Shown piece after piece: positions 1-9,035 of a DNA stretch of 32,000 nt. Every line of letters starts with the position of its first letter. Position 1 is the first letter of the stretch. The notes under the pieces were generated by a model that saw only the letters and a program-made list of their open reading frames with translations, was not told where the DNA came from and did not search any database. The stretch comes from Candidatus Omnitrophota bacterium (lineage in GTDB: Bacteria; Omnitrophota; Gorgyraeia; 2-01-FULL-45-10): positions 179,789-211,788 of the forward strand of contig JAMWCX010000001.1 of assembly GCA_023818895.1 (NCBI GenBank). The letters run 5' to 3'. Position numbers and translations under genes: made by a program.

Positions 1-4
1 CACT

Positions 5-493
5 TTACGCATTGTCCGTACGCTCCTTTATAATATTATTAGCCGAGGCGTTCTTTTTCCAGTTTTTGCGCAATGGATACTCGCCCTTTGGCCAGTTGTC
101 TGGAAGCGGATAGCGGTTGCCTGGCCCAAGGCCAGCTATCTCCACCCCCAGAAGGTCGGCGATCTCTCTTTCATAAATCTCTGCCGCCGGAAAGTAAGGC
201 GTGATTGTATTCATCAGGGGTTTCTCATAAGAAACGGAAGTCTTGATACTGAGCACTATGCCATCAGTTCGCGCGATATGGTATATGAGCCCTATGGACT
301 GCCTTTCGTCCAGCCCTGTTATAGTGCACAGGATTGAGAATCGCAGTATCTTAATAGCATAGCCTAACACCTCTTCGAAGGAATCCTTGTCTACCTCCGC
401 CATTATGCGTCGCGCCCGTTGGACTCGTATTTTTCCTGACAGGCTCCTGAATTTTTCCGTAAGATCGTTCGCTATCTTGTCTTCAGAAGTCAT
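5..493 (-). CDS. NuoC/MbhK-like subunit (complex I 30-kDa subunit family) of a membrane-bound group-4-hydrogenase-like complex
   Basis: 162-aa soluble ORF with a NuoC-family C-terminal signature (EIYEREIADLLGVEI...RYPLPDNWP..EYPLRK). It starts 3 nt after the NuoB-like stop. The expected NuoD/large-subunit gene lies off the left edge. Confidence 0.7.
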   Translation of the reverse strand: MTSEDKIANDLTEKFRSLSGKIRVQRARRIMAEVDKDSFEEVLGYAIKILRFSILCTITGLDERQSIGLIYHIARTDGIVLSIKTSVSYEKPLMNTITPYFPAAEIYEREIADLLGVEIAGLGPGNRYPLPDNWPKGEYPLRKNWKKNASANNIIKERTDNA

Positions 494-496
494 GCC

Positions 497-937
497 TTAT
501 TCCTCCCTCTGCTCAAGGCTGGCCAATAACTTGACCACACCGTCTATTATCGCCGTTGGAGCGGCGGGGCAGCCAGGAATGTATGCCGAGACCGGAATTA
601 CGCTGTCAATACCAGATTCTACATTGTAGCAGCCGTTGAATACGCCGCCCGAGCAGGCGCAGCTACCTACCGCGATGACGAATTTCGGTTGGGGCATCTG
701 ATCGTATATCCTCTTCAGGCGGTCCTTTATCTGTCCCGTAACCGGCCCTGAGCATAAGAGTATGTCAGCGTGTCGCGGCGTGCCTTTCAACATCACTCCG
801 AATCTCTCCATGTCGTATCTGGGCGTGAGAGCGGCCACTATTTCTATGTCGCAGGCATTACAGGCGCCGGTGTTGAAGTGAAGCATCCAAGGCGATTTTA
901 TCCTAGACCATTTAACTATTTTATCTTTTATACGCAT
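497..937 (-). CDS. NuoB/MbhJ-like [4Fe-4S] small subunit of a group-4 hydrogenase-like complex
   Basis: 146 aa. Cluster cysteines have hydrogenase-type spacing (TGACNACDIEI ... GSCACSGG ... IPGCP). The first motif is CxxC, as in MbhJ/EchC/HycG, not the tandem CC of NuoB. Confidence 0.9.
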   Translation of the reverse strand: MRIKDKIVKWSRIKSPWMLHFNTGACNACDIEIVAALTPRYDMERFGVMLKGTPRHADILLCSGPVTGQIKDRLKRIYDQMPQPKFVIAVGSCACSGGVFNGCYNVESGIDSVIPVSAYIPGCPAAPTAIIDGVVKLLASLEQREE

Positions 938-938
938 C

Positions 939-1271
939 TTATCTCCTGAAAAGCATCGACAATCCTACTACCGCTCCGGCTATGTATATGACGGCGATCG
1001 CAAACGACCCCTTTGTCTCGACAGGCACCGTCGCTATCATTAGAGCGACTACGTGAAGCACGGTGAAGAAGAACGCGAATGGAAAAAACTGGCTGTAGTC
1101 CGGCTGCATCAGGTGCGTAGGCACGTCTTCGCCGCAGGCGTATGACTTGCCTATATCAGGCGGCTGTTTTTTGGGCTTGAAAGAAAGACTTCTTAACATG
1201 TGTGCGAATAGGACTACGATGAAAAGCGTTATTAAAAATCCTATAGGCGGAGATAATAAAATATTATACAT
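939..1271 (-). CDS. small integral-membrane subunit (MbhI/NuoA-like)
   Basis: 110 aa with about 3 hydrophobic helices. A loop carries YACGED (compare the NuoA YECG motif). There is a 1-nt gap to the NuoB-like gene. Confidence 0.5.
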   Translation of the reverse strand: MYNILLSPPIGFLITLFIVVLFAHMLRSLSFKPKKQPPDIGKSYACGEDVPTHLMQPDYSQFFPFAFFFTVLHVVALMIATVPVETKGSFAIAVIYIAGAVVGLSMLFRR

Positions 1272-1273
1272 GC

Positions 1274-1594
1274 TTATCCTCGCAGTTTTTTAAGCTCTCG
1301 GGCATCGAGGCCGTTAGTGTGTCTGAAAACCCGCAGGGCTATTCCGCCTGCCACGGCGGCTACCACCACCTCTATGACTATTACAGTGATGACTATCGCC
1401 TGCGTAAGCGCGTTTCTGCCCGTAACGTATCCAACTACTATGATAAGGAGCGTAACCGCCTTGAACAGGAGCTCGAGCCCTATTATAGCGCGAATAAGGT
1501 TTCGTGTAACAAGTAAACAGTATAAACCACATACCGAAAGAAGGATGATGAAAAAGCCAAACGTCATGAAGACTTGCCAGTTTTCACCACTCAT
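1274..1594 (-). CDS. MrpC/NuoK/MbhG-like membrane subunit
   Basis: Track ORF is 1274..1639. I prefer the ATG at 1594 (MSGENWQ...) because the first 15 codons overlap the preceding gene. The protein has 3 TM helices with intramembrane Glu residues (GLELLFK, VIEVVV). Confidence 0.7.
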   Translation of the reverse strand: MSGENWQVFMTFGFFIILLSVCGLYCLLVTRNLIRAIIGLELLFKAVTLLIIVVGYVTGRNALTQAIVITVIVIEVVVAAVAGGIALRVFRHTNGLDARELKKLRG

Positions 1595-2096
1595 CTTTCT
1601 TTCTCTCCTCAAAAAGGACAACCACGCCGAGGGCGCCAATTATTATTATGATGATCTGCCCGAACATATCTAAAGGCCGCATGTTCCACATGACCTGCCT
1701 GACATCGATGGAGGCGCCGACGGCAGGAGGCGCGGCGATATTATTCCTTATCTTCACAAAAGTTAACACAACCGCTACCAGTATCAGCAGTAGTGGAAGG
1801 TAGCCGAACCTCTTATGCCGCTCCCTTGAAAGCTCCACTATCTCCTTATGGGCAAGAGGCCTGGTCAAGCTTATGGTGCTGACAAATACTACCGTCATCA
1901 AGCCAGCGCATACGGACAGCTCAAATACCGCGGCAAGGGGCGAGTCGAGCCGGAACATGAGTATTGTTATGATAGCGCTTGTTACCGCAAGGCCTATCGC
2001 CGCTTTAAGCAGGCTTCGGCCCATAACTGTCCATAGGGCAGCTATCATCATTACCACAAGAAGAGCTGTGTCTATTGATATATGGTTAATTGTCAT
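1584..2096 (-). CDS. MrpB/MbhD-E-like membrane subunit
   Basis: Track ORF 1584..2348 has an 84-codon basic, non-membrane N-terminal extension lying entirely inside the upstream gene. The ATG at 2096 (MTINHISID...) forms an ATGA stop/start overlap with the 476-aa gene. The remaining 170 aa are polytopic membrane protein. Confidence 0.65.
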   Translation of the reverse strand: MTINHISIDTALLVVMMIAALWTVMGRSLLKAAIGLAVTSAIITILMFRLDSPLAAVFELSVCAGLMTVVFVSTISLTRPLAHKEIVELSRERHKRFGYLPLLLILVAVVLTFVKIRNNIAAPPAVGASIDVRQVMWNMRPLDMFGQIIIIIIGALGVVVLFEERKKDEW

Positions 2097-3523
2097 TTTA
2101 TGAACATCTCCCCGATGGGCGCTATGAAGATAGCGTAAGCGCTTGGGAATAATACGCCGAATCCGATAATAATGGCCGCAAGCATAACTGAAGCGGCCCT
2201 TATCCCAAGTCTTGCTTCTTCTATGTCTTCGAGACCTAAAGCGAGTTTGCCGAAAAATACCTTTCGCTGCATTGCAAGAAGATATGCTAATGTGATAATG
2301 CTTGCCATGATAGCTGTCGCGGCGTACCAGGTATGCCCTGCCTGCCAAAGCGCCACGACTATTATAATCTTAGACCAGAAGCCAGAAAGTGGTGGTATGC
2401 CGGCCGCCGATAAGGCGCCTATAACGGATGTGAATCCTGTGATCGGCATCTTTTGCGCCAACCCTCCGGCCCTGTCCATATCGGTCGAACCGAGTCGCGT
2501 CTCGACGGCGGCAGAGTTTACGAAAAGAAGCGACTTGAATATTGAATGATTGAACAGATGAAATACCGCGCCCGCGATTGCGAGAGGCGTTGCGCATCCG
2601 AAGCCAAGCACGATATATCCGGTCTGGCTTATGCTCGAGTATGCGAGCATGCGCTTAAAATCCTTCTGCCCTATGGCCGCGAAGGCGCCCACAAGGATCG
2701 AGATGGTTCCGAGCGCCAAAAGCAATGCCTTTATATTAGCGTCGAAGCCTAATATCGAATTTAACGCCCGTATCAATGTGTATATTCCAGCCGCCTTTGT
2801 TACTATGCCTGCCAGCAGCACCGACACGGCCGGAGAAGCCGCTCCATAGGCGTCGGGCAGCCAGCCATGAAAAGGCACCATTCCCCCTTTTATGAGTAAG
2901 CCGCAGACAAATAATCCCATCGCGACCGCTATAAGATTATTATCAGTTCGATGTATAGCGTCCGCGATAGCCGTAAAAGATGCGCTTCCGGCGCCTAAAA
3001 GGAGTATTGCCGTCGCGGCAAGTATTAAGACGCTTGCAAGAGCCGATAGTACCATATACTTGAAGGCCCCTTCTAAGGCGTATACGTCTTTCTCGAAGGC
3101 TATCAGAATAAATGAAGCTATAGCGGTTATTTCTAGGAATATGTACATGGTGAATATGTCAGTTACCATAACGATACCGCTCATTCCCATAGACGCCAAC
3201 ATGAGCAGATTTATGAACTTGAAGCGCTCATTTATGTCGAAGATAGTGTCCCGCATGACAAGGAGGCTTGTAAGCGATACAAGGCCGATACATAAAAGCA
3301 TTACGAAGCTCAACTGATCGACCGAGAAGTTGACACGGAAGAATGCGTCCATCTGCTCGATCTCGTTGCCCCAAAAGATGGGCTGGTGAGTTATGGCGAG
3401 TACTATCTGGACGATAAATACCGCCAGAGCGAACCAGAAGGCAGCGTTTCTCATCGCCTTCCCGAAGGGAAGATTTAGTATTACTATTCCGAAAAGAGGT
3501 ATAAATATGAGTAGAGATGGCAT
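2093..3523 (-). CDS. antiporter-like subunit (MrpD/NuoN/MbhH family)
   Basis: 476 aa, about 14 TM helices. Proton-antiporter family motifs are present (WLPDAYGAASPAVS, FHLFNHSIFKSLLF, AGIPPLSGFWSK). Confidence 0.85.
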   Translation of the reverse strand: MPSLLIFIPLFGIVILNLPFGKAMRNAAFWFALAVFIVQIVLAITHQPIFWGNEIEQMDAFFRVNFSVDQLSFVMLLCIGLVSLTSLLVMRDTIFDINERFKFINLLMLASMGMSGIVMVTDIFTMYIFLEITAIASFILIAFEKDVYALEGAFKYMVLSALASVLILAATAILLLGAGSASFTAIADAIHRTDNNLIAVAMGLFVCGLLIKGGMVPFHGWLPDAYGAASPAVSVLLAGIVTKAAGIYTLIRALNSILGFDANIKALLLALGTISILVGAFAAIGQKDFKRMLAYSSISQTGYIVLGFGCATPLAIAGAVFHLFNHSIFKSLLFVNSAAVETRLGSTDMDRAGGLAQKMPITGFTSVIGALSAAGIPPLSGFWSKIIIVVALWQAGHTWYAATAIMASIITLAYLLAMQRKVFFGKLALGLEDIEEARLGIRAASVMLAAIIIGFGVLFPSAYAIFIAPIGEMFIK

Positions 3524-3529
3524 AGCAAG

Positions 3530-5365
3530 TTATTTTAAACCATTAAACATCACGATTATGACCAAGAAAAGAGCCGCAAGAGACCACAATATGTATGTTT
3601 TATAGCTTCCGTTGTGAATCTTGCGTATGGCGAAGCTTACAGTCTCCGCAGCGGTTGGGATCAGAGAGCCATAGACCCTGTCTATGGCTTTATCGCACCA
3701 TGCAGCCCCAACCGAAAATATCTTTACCAAACCAGTTCCTATATTGTATGGGTCGAAAATTCCCTTTTCCGCCTTATCGTATATAGAATGAAGCAAAGGC
3801 GCATAATGTATATGGTCGACTGCCTTTAGGCCGCTCCCCGTTCTTATTACTCCGAGGATATGGTTCAGCAAGGCGCAAGTTAACACTACCAGTGTTATCG
3901 CTATGAGGGAAAGGTTTGGCGCAAAGTCTGTGAGTGGTTCTTGCGCGGATATATAGCCATTTAGTACCGGCAGTATGAGTCTGATCGGAATGGCGCTGCG
4001 TAGACCCAATAAAACACACGCCGCTGTTATGACAATCATTGGTACCAGCATGATAATCGGCGGTTCTTTGATGTTCGGACGGATTTCCGACGCTTTTCCA
4101 AGAAAAGCGGCATGACCGAGTTTCAAAAATGATGCCGCTGTGAGGAAAGAACCAGCGATCGCCGCCAAGTAAAATACCGTTCCCCGTTCTATGGCGGCGT
4201 CGTAGATTAGTTCCTTTGAGAAGAAACCGTTGAATGGAGGAGTGCCGGATATCGACAGGGCCATTATTACAAAACAGGCAAATGTCACCGGCATCCTCGT
4301 TGCCATACCGCCTAGTTTCTCCAAATCGGTTGTTCCGGCCTGTTTTTCCATAGAGCCGGCGGTGAGGAAAAGCCCGCTTTTGTATAGGGCATTATTTATC
4401 ATATGGAATATTCCGCCTACGATGCCTGCCGGTGTAGCTGACCCTATGCCAAGAATCATATAACCTGCTTGGCTTATGGCGTGATATGAAAGAAGTTTTT
4501 TGTAGTCCTTTTGTATAAGGGCCATCATGACAGCAAGTATTATAGTCGCCCCTCCTATTGTCATCAGCGTATAGCTTGCCCAAGACTCTTGGTGTAGCCT
4601 GAAGATATCCAGGGATATCCTTGTGAGGAAGTATATACCCAGAACCTTGTCTAAGGAAGCTGGGGCGAACGCCATAAACGGAAGAGGCGCGTCGGTGGCA
4701 GCGTCCGGTATCCAGCTATGGAACGGCATCGAACCGGTCTTCGCCAGCGCGCCTATCATGAGCAAGACAAACGCCAATGCTCCTAGTCCGATTGAGTCGA
4801 TATGCAATTCTGAGATTCTGAGAGTTCCGGCCAGATTGTAGCAGATAGCCGCTCCGACGACCATGAAAATATCGCCTATCCCCACGATTATGAACGCCTT
4901 GGTTGCGGTTTTGAAGGCGTTTGTTTTGCCTATTGCTATCATCCCGTAGGTGGTGAAAAGCAGGGCTTCCCAGAAGAATAGAAGACATATAAGATTATCA
5001 GCCAGAAGTCCGCCGTTGACGAATCCAACAGACATAAGGATTAGAGAATAGAAAAGCTTGGTGTTTTCCCTGCCGCGCATAAATACGCACGAATACATAA
5101 GTAGCATTGCCGCAAAGAATGAAGTCGCTATAACAAGAAGCGCGCTGAAATTATATACGCGGAATGAGAGATTTATTCCGAAACCCGCCCAGTCGAAGCT
5201 GGCCGATGCCGGCCGGCCATAGAAAGACAGGGATAGTGCCAGCGTCGCGAAAGCCGCTAAAAGAGAAAGCATCTCTTTCAGCGCGCGTGGCTTGTTTGGT
5301 ATGATAAGAACCACCCCGCTGGCCGCGAATGGTATAGTCAGCGCTAACAATACGGATGACATCAT
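3530..5365 (-). CDS. antiporter-like subunit (MrpA/NuoL family, without a fused MrpB domain)
   Basis: Track ORF runs to 5404. The ATG at 5365 lies 1 nt after the upstream stop and has a GGAAGG Shine-Dalgarno 7 nt upstream, giving 611 aa. Motifs present: HSWIPDAATDAPLP, FHMINNALYKSGLFL, GTPPFNGFFSKE. Confidence 0.85.
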   Translation of the reverse strand: MMSSVLLALTIPFAASGVVLIIPNKPRALKEMLSLLAAFATLALSLSFYGRPASASFDWAGFGINLSFRVYNFSALLVIATSFFAAMLLMYSCVFMRGRENTKLFYSLILMSVGFVNGGLLADNLICLLFFWEALLFTTYGMIAIGKTNAFKTATKAFIIVGIGDIFMVVGAAICYNLAGTLRISELHIDSIGLGALAFVLLMIGALAKTGSMPFHSWIPDAATDAPLPFMAFAPASLDKVLGIYFLTRISLDIFRLHQESWASYTLMTIGGATIILAVMMALIQKDYKKLLSYHAISQAGYMILGIGSATPAGIVGGIFHMINNALYKSGLFLTAGSMEKQAGTTDLEKLGGMATRMPVTFACFVIMALSISGTPPFNGFFSKELIYDAAIERGTVFYLAAIAGSFLTAASFLKLGHAAFLGKASEIRPNIKEPPIIMLVPMIVITAACVLLGLRSAIPIRLILPVLNGYISAQEPLTDFAPNLSLIAITLVVLTCALLNHILGVIRTGSGLKAVDHIHYAPLLHSIYDKAEKGIFDPYNIGTGLVKIFSVGAAWCDKAIDRVYGSLIPTAAETVSFAIRKIHNGSYKTYILWSLAALFLVIIVMFNGLK

Positions 5366-5366
5366 A

Positions 5367-6806
5367 TTACCTTCCGAGCATTTGTTGTGTCGCCACGCTA
5401 GCAAATAGTGCCGGATACCTTATATAGATACCCGCGAGAAACGAAATAAAGGCTATGGATGCCACACACGACACCATAAGCCACGAACCTTCCTGCGCAG
5501 GCGCGACCTTTGCCTCGCCCATGAATATTGAATTGAATATTCGGCAAAGATATAGGATAGTCAGGATAGCGCCGGCAAGAAACACGAAAGCGATGCCAAT
5601 ATGTCCGGCGTTTATGGTGCCGGAAAAAACCAGGTACTTGCTGAAGAATCCGCCAAGCGGCGGCACGCCCATTACAGATAGCGCGCAGGCAAAGAATGAT
5701 ACAGCGGTTACGGGCATTGTGGCTATGAGCCCGCCCATCTTTGTTATGTCTTTTGTATGCGTTCCCTGCTCAACTATCCCGGCGCACAGAAAAAGACCTC
5801 CCTTAGCCAAGCCGTGCATTAGTATGTAAAGCAACCCACCCGCTACTCCAGCCTCCGTATTTACGGCAAAACCCAGGAATATGAAGGCTATCTGGCTTAC
5901 CGTTGAGTAGGCGATGATTCTTTTCATGTCAGTCTCGACGAGCGCCGCGCCCGCTGAAATAAGAGCCGAGGCAGCGACTAACCCTATTACTATCATCTCC
6001 CATACGTAGCTAATGCTCATAGTTGATATAAATAGCCTTGCGAAGGCATAGATGCCAATCTTCACAAGCACGGCCGCATGCAGCAATGCTGTGACGGGTG
6101 AAGGCGCCACACCCGCGTCGGGAAGCCAGGTATGAAACGGAAGTGTTGCCGACTTGGAAAGTATCCCGAGCATTATCAGAATTAGGGCAAGACTTGATAT
6201 GTGACTGGTCGTGTAAGCCTTTTTGATATCGGCCAGCTCAAAAGAGCCGGCTGACTGATATATTATTATAAAACCTATTAGCATAGCGAGCGCCCCAAAG
6301 ACTGTGATGAGAAAAGCTTTATCGGCCTTGATAACAAATTGCTTTTCCCGGAAGAATCCTATTAACCGCCAGCTTGCTATCGCGGTGATCTCCCAAAAAA
6401 TATAAAGGAATAGAAGGCTTCCCGAGAATACAATCCCCATCATCGAGCCCAGGAACAGCGTAACCATAAGATAATATTCGTTGCGGTTGTCATAGCGGTG
6501 TATATAGTCGAACGAGTAAATAATGATTATTGCGCTGATGAATGATGAGGTGGCGGCCATGAAAACGGCCAGGCAGTCTGCTGTTATAACGAAATTTAAT
6601 CCGAGCGGCATCTCAAAAGCCAAATTCACCACTCTGCCCGAAATAACCGTCGGTATAAGGCGACAGGCGCACACCAGCGATAGTAAGACCAGTGCAAGCG
6701 AAAGGCCGTTGCGCAATCTTTCGGATATTTTCCCTGCAATCGGCGTGGCAAACGAGCCGATGAGCGGGACAAAAACCGCTGATGCTAATAGTATCTTCTC
6801 ATTCAT
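5367..6806 (-). CDS. antiporter-like subunit (MrpD/NuoM family); first gene of the operon
   Basis: 479 aa. Motifs present: FHTWLPDAGVAPSPVTALLHA, MHGLAKGGLFL, GVPPLGGFFSKY. A 215-nt intergenic region precedes it. Confidence 0.85.
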   Translation of the reverse strand: MNEKILLASAVFVPLIGSFATPIAGKISERLRNGLSLALVLLSLVCACRLIPTVISGRVVNLAFEMPLGLNFVITADCLAVFMAATSSFISAIIIIYSFDYIHRYDNRNEYYLMVTLFLGSMMGIVFSGSLLFLYIFWEITAIASWRLIGFFREKQFVIKADKAFLITVFGALAMLIGFIIIYQSAGSFELADIKKAYTTSHISSLALILIMLGILSKSATLPFHTWLPDAGVAPSPVTALLHAAVLVKIGIYAFARLFISTMSISYVWEMIVIGLVAASALISAGAALVETDMKRIIAYSTVSQIAFIFLGFAVNTEAGVAGGLLYILMHGLAKGGLFLCAGIVEQGTHTKDITKMGGLIATMPVTAVSFFACALSVMGVPPLGGFFSKYLVFSGTINAGHIGIAFVFLAGAILTILYLCRIFNSIFMGEAKVAPAQEGSWLMVSCVASIAFISFLAGIYIRYPALFASVATQQMLGR

Positions 6807-7021
6807 AAAAATAATAAAAAAGAAGCCTACCTTTTCTCCTTACGGGGCGCCAAGATCGTGCTTTAAATGTGTCATTATGGCGCCGCTCAGGATAACCCTC
6901 CGCAACTATCCGCCCTGAAAACAGCGTATATGAAGGGTCATCAGGTGGGCCTCATATTTAAGCCCTTATATATAGTGTTGCTCTATAATAATATCATTAG
7001 AGCGGTCTTTGCGCAACAAAA

Positions 7022-8466
7022 TTACATTTCAGGAAGGCTTGTTTTTTCCATGAGATACCTGTCGATGGCGCAGGCCGCTTTCCTGCCTTCCGCTATGGCC
7101 CACACTATCAGAGATTGCCCCCTTCTCATATCGCCCGCTGAGAATACGCCTTTTACGCAAGTCATGTAGTCGGCCGATGTTTTTACGTTACCCTTTTGGT
7201 CAAGACTAACTTTAAGCTGATTTAAGGCGCCGCCGTGCTCGGGATGTATGAAACCTATGGCCAGTATAACAAGATCCGCCCTCAGTTCGAATTGGCTATT
7301 AGGGACCTCTGCCATAAGGGGGCATCCTCTATCGTCCTTGCGGGAGAAATCCAGCCGGCTGCATAGAACTTTCTTGACGCGTCCGCCTTCGCCTTCAAAT
7401 TTTTTAGTCAGGACGGCCCAATGCCTTTCGCCCCCTTCTTCATGACTCGTCGAGGTCTTAAGAAGAGATGGGTATTTAGGCCATGGTTGAGCGGCACTTC
7501 GGCATTCGGGAGGCTTTGGCAGCACTTCTATCTGGACGACCGAAATTGCTCCTTGCCTGTGAGCCATTCCTACGCAATCGGCGCCAGTATCACCTCCTCC
7601 TATTACGACCACTCTTTTACCTTTGGCATCTATGAGCTTTGAGGCGGCTATCTTCTTGCCTGCGACTCGCTTATTAGACTGTATTAAATAATCCATCGCA
7701 AAATGGATTCCCTCGAAAGACCTGCCTTCAATTTTGAGATCTCGCGCCACACGACTTCCGCCCGCAAGGAGCATAGCATCAAATTCCTTCAAAAGTTTGG
7801 AAGCCTTGACATCGGAGCCTACCTCGGTGTTTAGCATGAATTTGACGCCCTCTTTTTTGAGTATGGCTATACGCCTGTCAAGAACAGTCTTATCCAGTTT
7901 GAAATCGGGTATTCCGTAGCGTAGCATCCCGCCGGCCTTGTCATCTTTTTCGAATACGATGACAGTATGACCGGCCTTGTTCAACTGATCCGCTGCGGCA
8001 AGGCCCGCAGGCCCTGACCCAACGATCGCCACCGATTTATTGGTCCTTTTTTTGGCGGCCGCGGCCGTATCAGGCCGAACTTGAAAGCATGTTCTATTAC
8101 CGCAAGCTCATTTTCACGTATGGTGACGCTTTCGTCATTGATGCCCAGCACGCAGGCGTATTCGCATGGCGCCGGACATAGGCGACCTGTTATTTCCGGA
8201 AAATTATTTGTAGCGCTAAGAAGTTCTATCGCCTTCCCCCAGCGCGAACGAAAGAGGAGGTCATTCCATTCGGGTATGTAATTGCCGATGGGGCATCCCC
8301 AATGGCAAAAAGGAGTGCCACAATCCATACAGCGCGAGGCCTGCTCTCTTGAGAAAGTTTCCGGCCTCGGAAGCGCTACTTCCTCATAGTCGGATACTCG
8401 CTCCCACACCGGCCTGTAGCCTGGGTAGGAGCGTCCAAATTTCAAGAAGCCCTTCATATCACCCAT
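7022..8466 (-). pseudogene. gltD: glutamate synthase small subunit GltD, interrupted by a frameshift
   Basis: ORF 7981..8466 carries the GltD N-terminus ([38 protein letters not shown]). ORF 7022..8032 carries the FAD/NAD part ([17 protein letters not shown]...). The frames join if the A7 run (T7 on the + strand, 8047-8053) is read as A8, giving [20 protein letters not shown]. Confidence 0.85.
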
Positions 8467-8839
8467 CGTAAACCTCTGCGAGATCCTCTTGAGTCTCTAT
8501 CTCTTTTGCCCCGAGGATCCGTTTGTATTCTTTCGGTATCACCTTTACAAAGAACTTTATCTTTGCGGTAAAATCGTTCAATATCTTTCTTGCCGCAGAA
8601 CTATCCGTATATCTGTAATGCTCCGAGAGTAGTCGCCGAATTATAGGAGTGTCTTCGTCAGTGACTTTTTCTAACCAAACCATCTCCCTGTTGCACTTTG
8701 CGGGAAAATCTCCGGTCACGTCATAGACATAGGCGATACCGCCTGACATGCCAGCACCGAAGTTTCGGCCTGTCTTGCCGAGCACTACGACTCTGCCGCC
8801 TGTCATATATTCACAACCGTGGTCACCAAGACCTTCTAT
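8459..8839 (-). pseudogene. gltB: C-terminal remnant of glutamate synthase large subunit GltB (end of the GXGXG domain only)
   Basis: The minus-strand frame reads IEGLGDHGCEYMTGGRVVVLGKTGRNFGAGMSGGIAYVYD.... Only 115 codons follow the first ATG (8806). There is an 8-nt overlap with the gltD start, as in normal gltBD operons. The roughly 1350 N-terminal residues are absent. Weaker similarity may extend to about 8878, and an in-frame stop sits at 8909-8911. Confidence 0.8.
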
Positions 8840-9035
8840 TAAAAAATGACAACCTTTGGTAACCGCTATTTTGCGTCTTTCTGAAAAAAACAGATGACTT
8901 TCTGAGATATTATATCCGCTATAAGTCTTAAGGGTCGACCTTTGATATCAATAATCCTAACAACCCCCTCATATTTGCTATACCGGGGAGCGTATTTCTT
9001 GATGTTGCCAGGCATTGACACGAGGAACTCTTCAT

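Noticed and set aside
2097-2348. N-terminal 84 codons of the 254-aa track ORF
   Set aside because: The extension is Arg/His-rich and non-membrane, and it fully overlaps the 3' end of the 476-aa antiporter-like gene. The ATG at 2096 gives an ATGA coupling overlap and a sensible membrane protein.
6807-7021. 215-nt region upstream of the Mrp/hydrogenase-like operon, considered as a riboswitch or structured leader
   Set aside because: It holds only short, weak hairpins (GGCGCC...GGCGCC, GGATA...TATCC) and a mediocre TTGCGC-N17-TATTAT promoter match. Nothing can be supported without covariation data.
8807-9035. Apparent 229-nt intergenic gap, considered as a mobile-element scar or att site
   Set aside because: No inverted or direct repeats and no integrase or transposase remnants are visible. 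Most of the gap is explained as the frameshifted 3' end of the ATP-grasp gene plus the start of the gltB relic.
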